NCBI RefSeq assembly: GCF_001194135.2
Contig: NC_068996.1
Span: forward strand, 23,849,096 to 23,902,659
Reading direction: 5' to 3'
DNA: 53,564 bases
Source: Octopus bimaculoides
Taxonomy: Eukaryota
Below are positions 22,572 to 34,874 of the stretch, piece by piece. Both the position numbers and the translations under genes were made by a program. Each line of letters opens with the position of its first letter. Position 1 is the stretch's first letter. Under the pieces are notes generated by a model. The model was not told the origin of the DNA and searched no databases. It was given only the letters and a program-made list of their open reading frames with translations.

Positions 22572-22990
22572 GGTGCAGGAGTGGCTGTATGGTAAGTAGC
22601 TTGCTTACCAACCACATGGTTCCGGGTTCATTCCCACTGCATAGTACCTTGGGCAAGTGACTTCTACTATAACCTCGGGCCGACCAGAGCCTTGTGAGTG
22701 GATTTGGATGACGGAAACTGACAGAAGCCCATTGTATATATATATTTATATATATATATATATGTATGTGTGTGTATATGTTTGTGTGTGTGTGTTTGTC
22801 CCCCTGACATCACTTGACAACTGATGATGGTATGTTTATGTTTCTGTAATCTAGCAGTTCGGCAAAAGAGACCAATAGGATAAGTACTAGGCTTCCAAAG
22901 AATAAGTTCTAGGGTCGATTTGCTTGACTAAAGGTGATGCTCCAGCATGGCCACAGTCAAATGAGTAAAAGAGTAAAAGAGTAAGAGTAA
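22572..22990 (+). mobile_element. SINE family A, full length
   Basis: Colinear with 17702-18102. Confidence 0.9.
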
Positions 22991-23135
22991 ATTCTACACT
23001 TTCTTAATTACTAGAGTTGTTCAGTTTACTGTTTTGTATTTTGAAACTCATTCTGCTATCTTCATTTTCTCATAATATTTTAATGTTCATAAATTCAGAT
23101 GATTTACATGGCATAACAGCGGTCATAAGAAATGT

Positions 23136-23290
23136 CAATGCTATGGTCTAACAATGCTATGGTCTAACAATGCTATGGTCTAACAATGCTATGGTCTAAC
23201 AATGATATGGTCTAACAATGCTATGGTCTAACAATGCTATGGTCTAACAATGCTATGGTCTAACAATGCTATGGTCTAACAATGCTATGG
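23136..23290. repeat. 16-bp minisatellite (CAATGCTATGGTCTAA) x9.7
   Basis: Nine full units plus 11 nt, with a single substitution in unit 5. Confidence 0.95.
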
Positions 23291-23977
23291 TGTTCCACAA
23301 GATGCTGCTAGCTGTGCCACAATGTAACTTGAATATGATTTCTGTTTTCCTTATACTTTTAGTTATATTTTTAGTTAAGATGTGCTGCCAAATTTTGAAA
23401 AGAATATAAGTGTATCACAAGTGAAGAAAAGTTGCAGAGCACTTGTCTTACACAGTATCTGCAGTCTATGCTGGTAAATGGTCTGATCTGGGTTAGGGTT
23501 AGAGTTAAGGTTAGGAACACTTTGAAATTATAGACTGATAATTCAGAAGGCCAAAGTGTGTTGGTGCCTCCTCATGTCTACACAAGAAATGTTCTTCACG
23601 AACTTCTGCTGTGAATCATACCTGTATAGTATTTTGGCAGTGATAAATATAATTTTTAAATTTTCCTGTTAATTTGGCATCTTTATTTACTTTCTCATTG
23701 CCCAGTTATCAACTTTCATCAGTAACTTTTTCAACCATAACTCTGTCATTATTGATGACTTGAACTCTAGGATATATGTATATATATAATATAAAATAAG
23801 AACACAAATGGGTTAAAGGTCCACTACAGCTGTTTCAGACACACTTTTTTTTGCTGAATGGTTTGATTACAACAATTACTTCATGAAAAAACTGTTTTCA
23901 TTAGATGATTAAAAATTTAATGCAGAGAAAAAGAAACCATATGATGTGGATTGACTCTCTCAGGCATCCATAATGAG

Positions 23978-24067
23978 AATGTTAAAATACCTTGAATTAA
24001 ATGAATCCTACAACAGATCATTCATTATCTGTTGTAGGATTCATTTGAATCAAGGTATTTTAACATT
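23978..24067. other. 90-nt hairpin (41-bp stem, 2 mismatches, 8-nt loop)
   Basis: 23978-24018 pairs with 24027-24067. Confidence 0.9.
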
Positions 24068-24169
24068 TTAACTATAAGTAATGACATGTGAATATTGGGT
24101 TGCAAATTAGTAACTCAAGTTTGGCTGCTTTTTTCTTGATTTTTTAAAAATCTGTGGAGAAATAGGTAA

Positions 24170-24292
24170 AGAACTACGTTAAGAGTACACATGTCTGTGG
24201 AGTGGTCAGCCACTTGCATGTTGATTTCACAAGCAGGCTGTTCCATTGATCAGATCAACTGGCACCCTTGTCATAGTAACCGATGGAGTGGT
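24170..24292 (+). mobile_element. SINE family D 3' fragment
   Basis: AGAACTACGTTAAG..GTGTCTGTGGAGTG..., as in 36460-36586. Confidence 0.8.
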
Positions 24293-24327
24293 ATGAGTAT
24301 GAATTGCACATTTCATGTGCTTACTCC

Positions 24328-24364
<37 letters not shown>

Positions 24365-24535
24365 NNNNNNNNNNNNNNNNNNNNNNNNNNNNNNNNNNNN
24401 NNNNNNNNNNNNNNNNNNNNNNNNNNNNNNNNNNNNNNNNNNNNNNNNNNNNNNNNNNNNNNTATATATACATATATATATATATATATAAATGTGAATA
24501 TATATATATAAATGTGAATATATATATATAAATGT

Positions 24536-24876
24536 GAAGGCGCATGGCTCAGTGGTTAGAGCGTCGAGCTTACAATTGCGAGGTTGTGAGTTTGAATCCC
24601 GGACCGGGCTGCGTGTTGTGTTCTTGACGAAGACACTTTATTTCACGTTGCTCCAGTTCACTCAGCTGTAGAAATGAGTTGCAGCGTCACAGGTGCCAAG
24701 CTGTATGGGGGGCCCCTTTGCCTTTCCCTTGGATAACATCAGTGGTGTGGAGAGAGGAGGCCAGTATGCATGGGTGACAGCTGGTCTTCCATAAACAACC
24801 TTGCCTGGACTTGTGCCTGGGAGGGTAACTTTCTGGGTGCAATCCCATGGTCAGTCATGACTGAAGGAAGTCTCAG
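24536..24876 (+). mobile_element. tRNA-derived SINE family E (V/Meta-like core)
   Basis: GGCTCAGTGGTTAGAGC A-box, GAGTTTGAATCCC B-box, GTGTTCTTGA..AAGACACTT core. Confidence 0.8.
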
Positions 24877-26355
24877 CATATATATATATATATAAATATA
24901 CACATATTTATATATGTATGTATGTATGTATTTGTATGTATTTATATACAACAAATTTTTGGCTGTGTTAAAAGAGTCTTGCATACTCCAATGAGGTAGC
25001 GTTCCCCTTCTCATTACCTTCAAACCCCTACCCCTGACCAACCAGCCAACCAACCAACCACTCAACTACCGCTGACATTGTTATCTGTCTGTTTCTTCAC
25101 CTTCATTTCCCTCATTCCTCTCCCCCCTCTCTCTCTGCCTTTCCCTTTTGTTATTTCTTTCTCTCTACATGTCTGTTATTATTAAAAAAACAACAACTAG
25201 GGGCTAGGCTTAGTCATGTTACATTTTGTGATTAGTTTTATCATCACATATTACCACTGCATTCAAGTTGCCATCAGCAGAAAAAAACCAAACATGTCAG
25301 CTTTATCTTTCTTGACAACTTCGCTATTTGTTTTAAAAGTTAAAGGAGAGAGAGAGAGAGAGAGAGAGNNNNNNNNNNNNNNNNNNNNNNNNNNNNNNNN
25401 NNNNNNNNNNNNNNNNNNNNNNNNNNNNNNNNNNNNNNNNNNNNNNNNNNNNNNNNNNNNNNNNNNNNNNNNNNNNNNNNNNNNNNNNNNNNNNNNNNNN
25501 NNNNNNNNNNNNNNNNNNNNNNNNNNNNNNNNNNNNNNNNNNNNNNNNNNNNNNNNNNNNNNNNNNNNNNNNNNNNNNNNNNNNNNNNNNNNNNNNNNNN
25601 NNNNNNNNNNNNNNNNNNNNNNNNNNNNNNNNNNNNNNNNNNNNNNNNNNNNNNNNNNNNNNNNNNNNNNNNNNNNNNNNNNNNNNNNNNNNNNNNNNNN
25701 NNNNNNNNNNNNNNNNNNNNNNNNNNNNNNNNNNNNNNNNNNNNNNNNNNNNNNNNNNNNNNNNNNNNNNNNNNNNNNNNNNNNNNNNNNNNNNNNNNNN
25801 NNNNNNNNNNNNNNNNNNNNNNNNNNNNNNNNNNNNNNNNNNNNNNNNNNNNNNNNNNNNNNNNNNNNNNNNNNNNNNNNNNNNNNNNNNNNNNNNNNNN
25901 NNNNNNNNNNNNNNNNNNNNNNNNNNNNNNNNNNNNNNNNNNNNNNNNNNNNNNNNNNNNNNNNNNNNNNNNNNNNNNNNNNNNNNNNNNNNNNNNNNNN
26001 NNNNNNNNNNNNNNNNNNNNNNNNNNNNNNNNNNNNNNNNNNNNNNNNNNNNNNNNNNNNNNNNNNNNNNNNNNNNNNNNNNNNNNNNNNNNNNNNNNNN
26101 NNNNNNNNNNNNNNNNNNNNNNNNNNNNNNNNNNNNNNNNNNNNNNNNNNNNNNNNNNNNNNNNNNNNNNNNNNNNNNNNNNNNNNNNNNNNNNNNNNNN
26201 NNNNNNNNNNNNNNNNNNNNNNNNNNNNNNNNNNNNNNNNNNNNNNNNNNNNNNNNNNNNNNNNNNNNNNNNNNNNNNNNNNNNNNNNNNNNNNNNNNNN
26301 NNNNNNNNNNNNNNNNNNNNNNNNNNNNNNNNNNNNNNNNNNNNNNNNNNNNNNN

Positions 26356-26668
26356 AAGTGTCTTCTACTATAGCTTCAGGCCAACCAAAGCCTTGTGAGT
26401 GGATTTGGTAGATGGAAACTGAAAGAAGCCTGTCGTATATATGTATATATATGTATGTGTGTGTCTGGTATTTATCCTCCCCCAACATCGCTTGACAACC
26501 GATGCTGGTGTTTTTATGTCCCCGTAACTTAGCAGTTTGGCAAAAAGATACCGATAGAATAAGTACTAGGCTTCCAAAGAATAAATCCTGGGGTTGATTT
26601 GCTCGACTAAAGGCGGTGCTCCAGCATGGCCACAGTCAAATGACCGAAACAAGTAAACGAGTAAAAGA
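26356..26668 (+). mobile_element. SINE family A (head lost in gap)
   Basis: Colinear with 17780-18102. Confidence 0.9.
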
Positions 26669-26712
<44 letters not shown>

Positions 26713-26864
26713 TAATGGCTTCTCTTGTTGAAGACGATGTATGAGAGTTCAGATTTTGCAAACGACCTGTACAAATGATTTGTTTACAGTGATCAAATGT
26801 ATGCAATGTACATTAAGCTCATTCTCTCCATCAAATAGACATTGTCTGAACAGGTGCACTGTGT

Positions 26865-27015
26865 ACCACATGTCCTGTCCTGAAGTGATCTCAGATCAGC
26901 ACGAGATAAAGTGTTTTGCTCAAGAACACAACTCGCCACCTGGTCTAGGAATTGAAATCATGATCTTGTGATAGTGAGTGCAACACCCTAACCACTAGGC
27001 CATGCATCCTCACAT
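26865..27015 (-). mobile_element. tRNA-derived SINE head (family E-like)
   Basis: Reverse complement GGCCTAGTGGTTAGGG...TTCAATTCC..GTTGTGTTCTTGAGCAAAACAC. Confidence 0.7.
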
Positions 27016-27017
27016 GT

Positions 27018-27069
<52 letters not shown>

Positions 27070-27164
27070 TGCAACGTCCTGTACCCAGATATGCACCTAT
27101 ATATACAGGTAGATGTAGGTATGCACATACTTGTACGTATATATGCATATACTCATTTATTATT

Positions 27165-27203
<39 letters not shown>

Positions 27204-27354
27204 TACACACATATATGTGTGAGTGTGGGTGTGTATATGTATATATAAGTGTGTGTGTGTGTGTGTGTGCATGCATGTGTGTATGTATATACGTATATAT
27301 GCGACATGTGAAGATGTATGGCCTAGTGACCATACATAGTACTATGTTGTATGG

Positions 27355-27399
<45 letters not shown>

Positions 27400-27401
<2 letters not shown>

Positions 27402-27790
27402 GCCGTTGCCAGTACCACCTGACTGGCCTTCGTGCGGGTGACACGTAAAAGCACCCACTACACTCTCGGAGTGGTTGGTGTTAGGAAGGGCATCCAGCTG
27501 TAGAAACTCTGCCAAATCAGATTGGAGCCTGGTGTTGTCATCCGGTTTCACCAGTCCTCAGTCAAATCGTCCAACCCATGCTAGCATGGAAAGTGGACGT
27601 TAAACGATGATGAGGATGATGATGATTTAACACCAATTTTCCAAGCAAGCTTGGGATGGATAGCTTGACAGGATCTGGTAAGCTGCAAGACTGTGTCGAG
27701 TTCTGTAGTCGGCTTTGCATGTTTTCTCCAGCTGAATGCTCTTCCTAACACCAATCAGCTTAGTGTGTACTTGGTTCGTTTTTCATGCCA
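27400..27790. mobile_element. Two RTE 3' tails, tail-to-tail (+ 27400-27625, - 27626-27790)
   Basis: Young + copy with a GAT tail abutting an older - copy. Confidence 0.75.
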
Positions 27791-28536
27791 TTGGTACCTA
27801 GTAGGTTGCCAAGTAACTTACCTCTGACCTTAACTTACAAGACAGGAAAAGAACAAGAAAATAGAAAAGGATAAAAAAACCCTCTTGGCTAAGTAGAGCG
27901 ATGGAAGAATATTTCAGAAGTGGAGAGAAGTGGAGAGAAGTGGGGGGGTAGGTTAAAGTATAATAGAGGGACAAGCACAGGTGTCTTGCTAGAGAGAAGG
28001 TATATAGCCACTCTGAATTATATAAGAGTAGGTGGGAGTAGCTGGGAAGAAGATAAAGATGGTAGTGATGTGGATGCCAAAGCAAACCCTTAAAAGGCTA
28101 GACTGGACGTGGTCAATGGAGCATGAGGGGGAGAAGGGGTGGGGATTATATAAATGTGGTGATACAGAGGTGAATGTTGTGAGTGATGAACAGGGCTGAT
28201 GCACACCTAGATGGAAAATAATACAATTATACATACATATATGTGTGTGTGTGTAGATATATATATATATATATACATATATATGAGAAAAATTTGTAGT
28301 TTAGAATCAGTAGTTCTTTTGACTGCTATTTCTAAATTTCCAGTATGTTGGAGAAGCAACTCAATGCTAATCCCTGTATATTTATGATGATATATATATA
28401 TGTATATATATATATGTTTGAGTGTTTGTGTGTGTGTATGTGAGTGTGTGTATGTGTGTGCGTATACATACATACATGCATACACACATACACATATATA
28501 TTTATACATATATATGTATAAATAGTAAAGATAATG

Positions 28537-28746
28537 ATTCTTTCTACTATAGGTACAGGGCCTGAAATTTGTGACTAAATCAATTACATTGACCCCAGTA
28601 CTCAATTGGTACTTATTTCTTCAACCCCGAAAGGAAGAAAGGCAAAGTCAACCTCTGCAGGATTTGAACTCAGAACATAAAGATGGACGAAATACCACTA
28701 AGCATTTTACCCAGTATGCTAATGATTTTGCCACTTTGCCACCTTA
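28537..28746 (-). mobile_element. SINE family C
   Basis: Reverse complement of the units at 4890-5335. Confidence 0.85.
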
Positions 28747-28788
28747 AAAATAGTGATGATAATAATAATAATGATAATTATAATAATA

Positions 28789-28821
<33 letters not shown>

Positions 28822-28922
28822 ATATAGACATATATGTGTATGTGTATTCATGATAAATGATGCTGGAAATCAGTTGGATATTTAAAAAAAAGTTTTGGTT
28901 TCCAAGTGATTTACACACTTAA

Positions 28923-29275
28923 TTGTTGTTGTTGGCACTCCGTTGCGGTTTCGATTCCCAGACCAGGTGTTGTGAGTGTTTATTGAGCGAAAACGCCTAA
29001 AGCTCCACGAGGCTCTGGCAGGGGATGGTGGTGAACTCTGCTGTACTCTTTCACCACAACTTTCTCTCACTCTTTCTTCCTGTTTCTGTTGTGCCTGTAA
29101 TTCAAAGGGTCAGCCTTGTCACACTGTGTCACACTGAATATCCCCGAGAACTACGTTAAGGGTACACGTGTCTGTGGAGTGCTCAGCCACTTGCACATTA
29201 ATTTCATGAGCAGGCTGTTCCGTTGATCGGATCAACTGGAACCCTCGACGTCGTAAGTGACGGAGTGCCAACAAA
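28923..29275 (+). mobile_element. SINE family D, 5'-truncated and capped by an inverted copy of its own 3' end
   Basis: Body nearly identical to 36230-36586; 28929-28943 is the exact reverse complement of 29260-29274. Confidence 0.9.
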
Positions 29276-29314
29276 AAAAAAAAATGATATGAAGACAAGA
29301 AGATTGAGCTAAAT

Positions 29315-29566
29315 TAGTGGGTCTCAATCATTTTTTGCCTATGGATCCTTTTGATTCCCATTTTAATTGGGTGGACCCTCAAGCCATTCAATGTTTAAAA
29401 AATCCTATTATATTTTTATAATTAAATATTAGGAATTGCATAAAAATAATTATTAAAATATTTTGTGTTTTGTAGAAGTAGAACCAGTTTATTGCACATA
29501 AACTTTAACAGCAAAATCTTAATATGTACCCCCAAGGGTCATGTGGTTCCCAGTTGAGAACTACCG
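29315..29566. mobile_element. hAT (Charlie-like) MITE
   Basis: TIRs TAGTGGGTCTCAA / TTGAGAACTACCG; 8-bp TSD AGCTAAAT/AGTTAAAT (7/8 match). Confidence 0.8.
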
Positions 29567-30512
29567 AGTTAAATAAAAAAAAAACCTTGGATAGGGAAAA
29601 TGGCAGACAGCCACCCACAAGACTTGAACTGTGAACCTCTTCTATGGGAAAAAGGCTAACAGCCATCTATGGCATTTGGATTTTTCCTCCCCACTCCATC
29701 CACTGACAATAAACTCTCTTAAGCTCACCTTCTAGTGGTTTGAGAGTTTGTTCTAGTACACGCCAGCAATGGAAAACAGACATCAAATGATTGTGATGAT
29801 GATAATTGCGAACTATTATTTATAGCTATATTCACATTTGAACAACTTTTTAAAAGAGACTATTTTTGTATTTCTCAACACTTTTAAACTGCCATCTATG
29901 TGAACTTATTAACTAGTGATTTGTGATTAGTTTCGCAATCTAATCAATATTTAATAAACTGATTCATTAACGACTAAAACTGAACTGAATTACAACCGGT
30001 ACCTGTATTTATTAGCAGTATGATCCACCCAAAGTTTTGACAATAGTTATTACAGTAATAGTAGTATTGAAATGGTTGATGATATCACTGGCATCATCCT
30101 CAATGTTAGCATACTTCTTACTCACCCTTGTATAATGTTGGGTAACCATATATGTACTCAAGAGCAAGAAAATTGTGTGTCTCTTTCTCATACTTTTAGC
30201 CTCTCAACACCTGGCCAAAAGCCACCTCCTCATTTTCAGTTGAATGAATTGGAACACTGTAAGTGAAGTGCCTTGCTCAAGGACACAATGTGCATGCCAC
30301 CTGTTCCAGCGACTGAATCGATGACCTCACAGTTTTTAGTAGTCCCACAACCTAATCACTATGCCACATATCTCTGCAGTACTAGAATAGAAAATATCAA
30401 ATTGGACCACCAGGATGTAACAGTTGTATTTAGGCAGGTTCAGTTGGTTGGTCAGCATTTCCAAGGTTGTAAAATGCAGTTAGCTTCCACATGGCTGATT
30501 TGTTCAACCACT

Positions 30513-30525
30513 GTTGCCTAGCAAC
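30513..30525. promoter_or_regulatory. RFX X-box-like motif GTTGCCTAGCAAC
   Basis: Matches the RFX consensus; the palindrome extends to ACTGTTGC-CTA-GCAACAGT. Function untested. Confidence 0.35.
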
Positions 30526-30679
30526 AGTAACTCTCGAATTTCAATGGTGACTACAAATAAATCTATCAAAAACAGAACAGGAAAATATAAAACAGGAAAA
30601 AGAAATAAATCAAAGCAAAAGCAAAAAGTAATGAATTTTCAAGTTTCCTATATTATATGATAATTATATATGTGATATA

Positions 30680-30722
<43 letters not shown>

Positions 30723-30802
30723 CTGCATGTGTACATATACACACTTGCATACATGCACTCAGGCCAATGTAAAAGTTTCACATTGTATCAATAATAATAA
30801 TG

Positions 30803-30847
<45 letters not shown>

Positions 30848-31154
30848 GTAATATTCTGCTCAATACCACAGATTTGCTTGTCAGTTGTTTGACCTTAACC
30901 AGTTGAGCATGTCCCTTGGTGGCTGACGATATGTGCATCTCTGATCATGAGCAGAAGTAGTGGGGGAGCATCATAGTCATGTGTTGAGAGGAATTCTTTG
31001 GGGTTTGAATAATTAACCTTTGGAAACATGGGTGTTTTGCTCAACATCCTTAAACAAACCTTATTCAGGGACCTTTTGAGTGGTATGGGCTACTCAACCT
31101 AAAGGAAATTCTAACTGGGCCCCACCTGTGAGGTCATGCACTGCTCTCTCACTC

Positions 31155-31231
<77 letters not shown>

Positions 31232-31244
31232 TAATCCTTTCTAC

Positions 31245-31300
<56 letters not shown>

Positions 31301-31345
31301 ATTTTTATTAATATTATTATATATTTTTTATTAATATTATTATTT
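31155..31345. repeat. (AAT)n followed by (TTA)n microsatellite (self-complementary pair)
   Basis: Directly visible. Confidence 0.95.
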
Positions 31346-31374
31346 TTTTAATATCAACATATACACAAACAAAA

Positions 31375-32545
31375 TCACAAGCCAAACTTCAGCAAAAAAG
31401 AAAAAGGGCTGAGCTGAACAAATTAAAGGATGATAAAACTATAACAATCAAAGAGGCTGATGGTATACTATATAACTCTAGTACTATCCATATTAGAAGA
31501 CATAACATATTATGAAAAGGTCCAACACTACAGTCAGCAGAAAATAATGAGAAACCTAAAAACAATGTTAAACCTATACACAGCAAAGCTCACTGACAAG
31601 GAATACGACTATATGACCAATTTCAAAAGTAAATCCAGTCAATTCTACAGTATTCCTAAAATACACAAAAGTGAGAAAATAAATAACACATGCAGGAGAG
31701 CCACAGACATAATAATCAAAATCCCTACTCCTAATAACCTCAAATTAAGACCTATGAAAGCAGGTCCCACTGCAAAACCCACTACCTCAGTAACTTTTTT
31801 AAATACCCTCTTAAAACCATTCCTCAAGCATGTCAAAAGCTACATAAGGAACAACCTGGATATGCTCAGTCACCTTCCTGAAACAATAAACAAAAACACC
31901 CTACTAGTATCCTTTGATGTAGCCAACCTCTATTCTAATTTCCCATACAGCCTAAGAATAGAGGCAATCTAATTCTGGCTAGAGAATTACTCCAGTGAAC
32001 TCCCACACCAAAAAAAGAATTTGTAATAGAAGGGTTAAAATTCATCTTAGACAAAAAATTAGGGACTGCAATGGGTATGAGAATGGGTCCCCTCCTTTGC
32101 TAACCTAGTCATGGGATGTCTAGAGATCAGTCTTTATCTTAAGGTATTAGAAAAATACAGCAACCCATTCTCCCTCTACACAGAAAATAACTGGAAGAGG
32201 TATCTGGATGACTGTTTCATTCTTAGGCATGAAAGTATAGAGAGACAAAGAATTTCAAGCACTTATAAATGGACTTGATATAAACATTCAATTTACAATG
32301 GAATATAGCCATCAACAATTTCCATTCCTTGACATTTTCATTAAGAAAGCTAATAACAAAATAGAAACAGACATGTACTATAAACACATGGACTCCAAGC
32401 AATATTTACCAATCAACTCATGCCACCTCAGACACATTAGAATGAATATCCCTTTAAACCTAGCAAAAAAGGATTTGTACTATAGTTTCTAATACAAACA
32501 CCAGGGACACACGACTACATGAACTAAAGGATACACTCATCAGGC
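31375..32545 (+). pseudogene. Penelope-like element reverse transcriptase, disrupted
   Basis: IKEADG, FYSIPKIHK, LRPMKAGP, SFDVANLYSN, GTAMG..GP.FANL.MG, WKRYLDDCF, FPFLDI..IETDMYYK..DSKQYL. Confidence 0.9.
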
Positions 32546-33444
32546 CTAATATTTATGTGAAAAGCACAGAATTAAGCATGGTGGATACATTTCCATACTT
32601 AGGAAGTGTCTTATCTAGAGATGACAGCCTGAATTTGATAGATGGAAAATGAAAGAAGCCAATCAAATTATATATATGTGTAGATATATTATGTATATGT
32701 GTGTGTGTGTGTGTGCGCATGTATGTATATATGTGTTTGTATCTCCTTGTTTTGACATTGTATAGTACTTGTAAATGGGCACCACCATCATACAATTGTC
32801 TTTTGTTTCCAACCTTCATAAAAACATGTCCAGCCATGGGAGAAATATCACCTTACTTGGAAGCACTTGAGGGTTGGCAGCAGGAAGAGCATCCAGCTGT
32901 AGAAAAAAAAACATGTAAACACAGAAGAGTGGATGTTGAAACAATGATGATTATATTGATGGCTATTTCTTTTGCCTGAGAATTTCAGTTTCTTCGAGAT
33001 TGGTTAGATTCTTCATGTTGATGGCATTAATGACAGCAGGAACTTTGGAAAGTTTAAAAGCAATTTATTCCATGTTCCTTTTGTCAGTCAGATGTAAATT
33101 ATGTTGAATGGATACTGAATATTCTTGCACCTTTTTCTCAGATTTAACTTAGAAACATTTCAATAAAGAGTTGGAAATAATTCTTGTATTTCTGATATGA
33201 TCCATAATGTGTTTGCATTCTCTTAGGTTTAAGCCAGAAGTTTCCCATAAAAAAAAGACTAAAATGGGAAGAGAATTGTAAATGGCTAAAAAGAAAAATA
33301 GAAAACATTTACAAGAATGACAAACTAGGTGGTTAAGAAAAATTCTTGAGAACATGAAACATATCACGTACAGAATTAAAAACCTACTCTTTTCCTTAAT
33401 AAACCAATAAAAACAAAAAAACTTCAGAATGAATTTCAGATATG

Positions 33445-33660
33445 ATAAGTCATCATCATCATCATGTAATGTTCTCCTTCCATGCTGGTGTGGTTTGGAC
33501 AGTTTGGTAGGTACAAACGAGTCACAGGACTGCACCTAACTCCAATATCTGCCTGCTGCTTTGATATGGTTTCTACAGTTGGATGTCCTTCCTAACACCA
33601 ACCACTTTAGAATTTGATGTTTTTTATCATGGCAATGGCATCAGTAAGATCACTAAGTAA
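33445..33660 (-). mobile_element. RTE 3' tail
   Basis: (CAT)n then GGATGTCCTTCCTAACACCAACCAC. Confidence 0.75.
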
Positions 33661-33961
33661 CCTGCATGACAGCTCTTGAAAATGTTTATTTCTGTACCAA
33701 ATAACAAATGTTCTGGGTTAGTTATAGATTTATCCATCATTGTGGCTGTTTAGGTGTAATAATAGCTTACCATTCCTCTTCAGGAACTTTATAGCAAAAT
33801 GATTCCAAAGCAGGATTTTGTTACATTCTATATATTTTCATGAGAAGAAATTATTCAAATTATAAATTACTTCCAACAGAAGGTACTTTTTAACTATTAC
33901 CTTTGTACTCTCCCTCTTTATGCATAGATGCATGTGTGTGTATATACATATATAAACATAC

Positions 33962-34014
<53 letters not shown>

Positions 34015-34115
34015 CAATGCATGTATATACATATTATATTGTTATACTTGGAGATGGTTATCTTTTACCAATAAAACACATACGCTATTTATTTGGTCTT
34101 CACTTAAGTTTTATC

Positions 34116-34430
34116 ATTACCTCTGCCTTAGCGAAGGAGGAGGTATTGTTTTCAGCTGCGTTTGTTTGTGTGTTTGTCCGTGGACAAGATATCTCACGAA
34201 CCGCTAGATGGATTCAGATAGAACTTTCAGGGATGTTTGGCCCCATGACTGTCTCAAACTGATTACGTTTTGGGATCAATCCGGTACTGGACAAGGATTC
34301 TGGATTATTTTTCCTGTTTTTTTTTTACTTAATTTTTTAGAGTGGTGGGATTCATTTTTAGTATTCTCGTTTGTGAGAGCAGTTGAGTTTATTTCAGATA
34401 TTCTTATTTTTAAAATAATCTCTGGCTAAT
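34116..34430 (+). mobile_element. Non-autonomous element resembling Helentron-associated HINE/DINE-type repeats
   Basis: ATTACCTCTGCC..AAGGAGG..GTATTGTTTT start followed by a GTTT/GTCC microsatellite-like tract (pattern recognised from memory). Confidence 0.45.
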
Positions 34431-34874
34431 TGTTGAAAGGATGCTGGCATTGCCTTGGCAGTACCACACACATACACACATATACAGACACACAAATACA
34501 CACACACACACATATGTATATGTATGTATATGCATACAAACAGAGACACACTCACACACACACACATATATATACACACCACACATTTGTTACTTTATTT
34601 TTTATCTATATAAATGAAGATATATCCGTTGTTTTGTTGTTTTGTTGCTTTTCTTTACATGATATGAGAAGATACATTGCAGAACTGTTATTTTAATGAG
34701 TTATCTCTATTTATCACCCAAAGAGACACATCTGCACCGTCAGATGCTCCTGAACCAGTTGTTAAGTATCCCACCTGTGAGGGATCAATGTTAGATGTGT
34801 CAAAATAATTGTCATGATTAATAAAAATTCTTGTATCTTCCATCTTCCATTTACCATATGTATAGAAAAGTCTT

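Noticed and set aside
23136-23290. CRISPR array
   Set aside because: The units are contiguous with no spacers, in a eukaryotic context with no cas genes.
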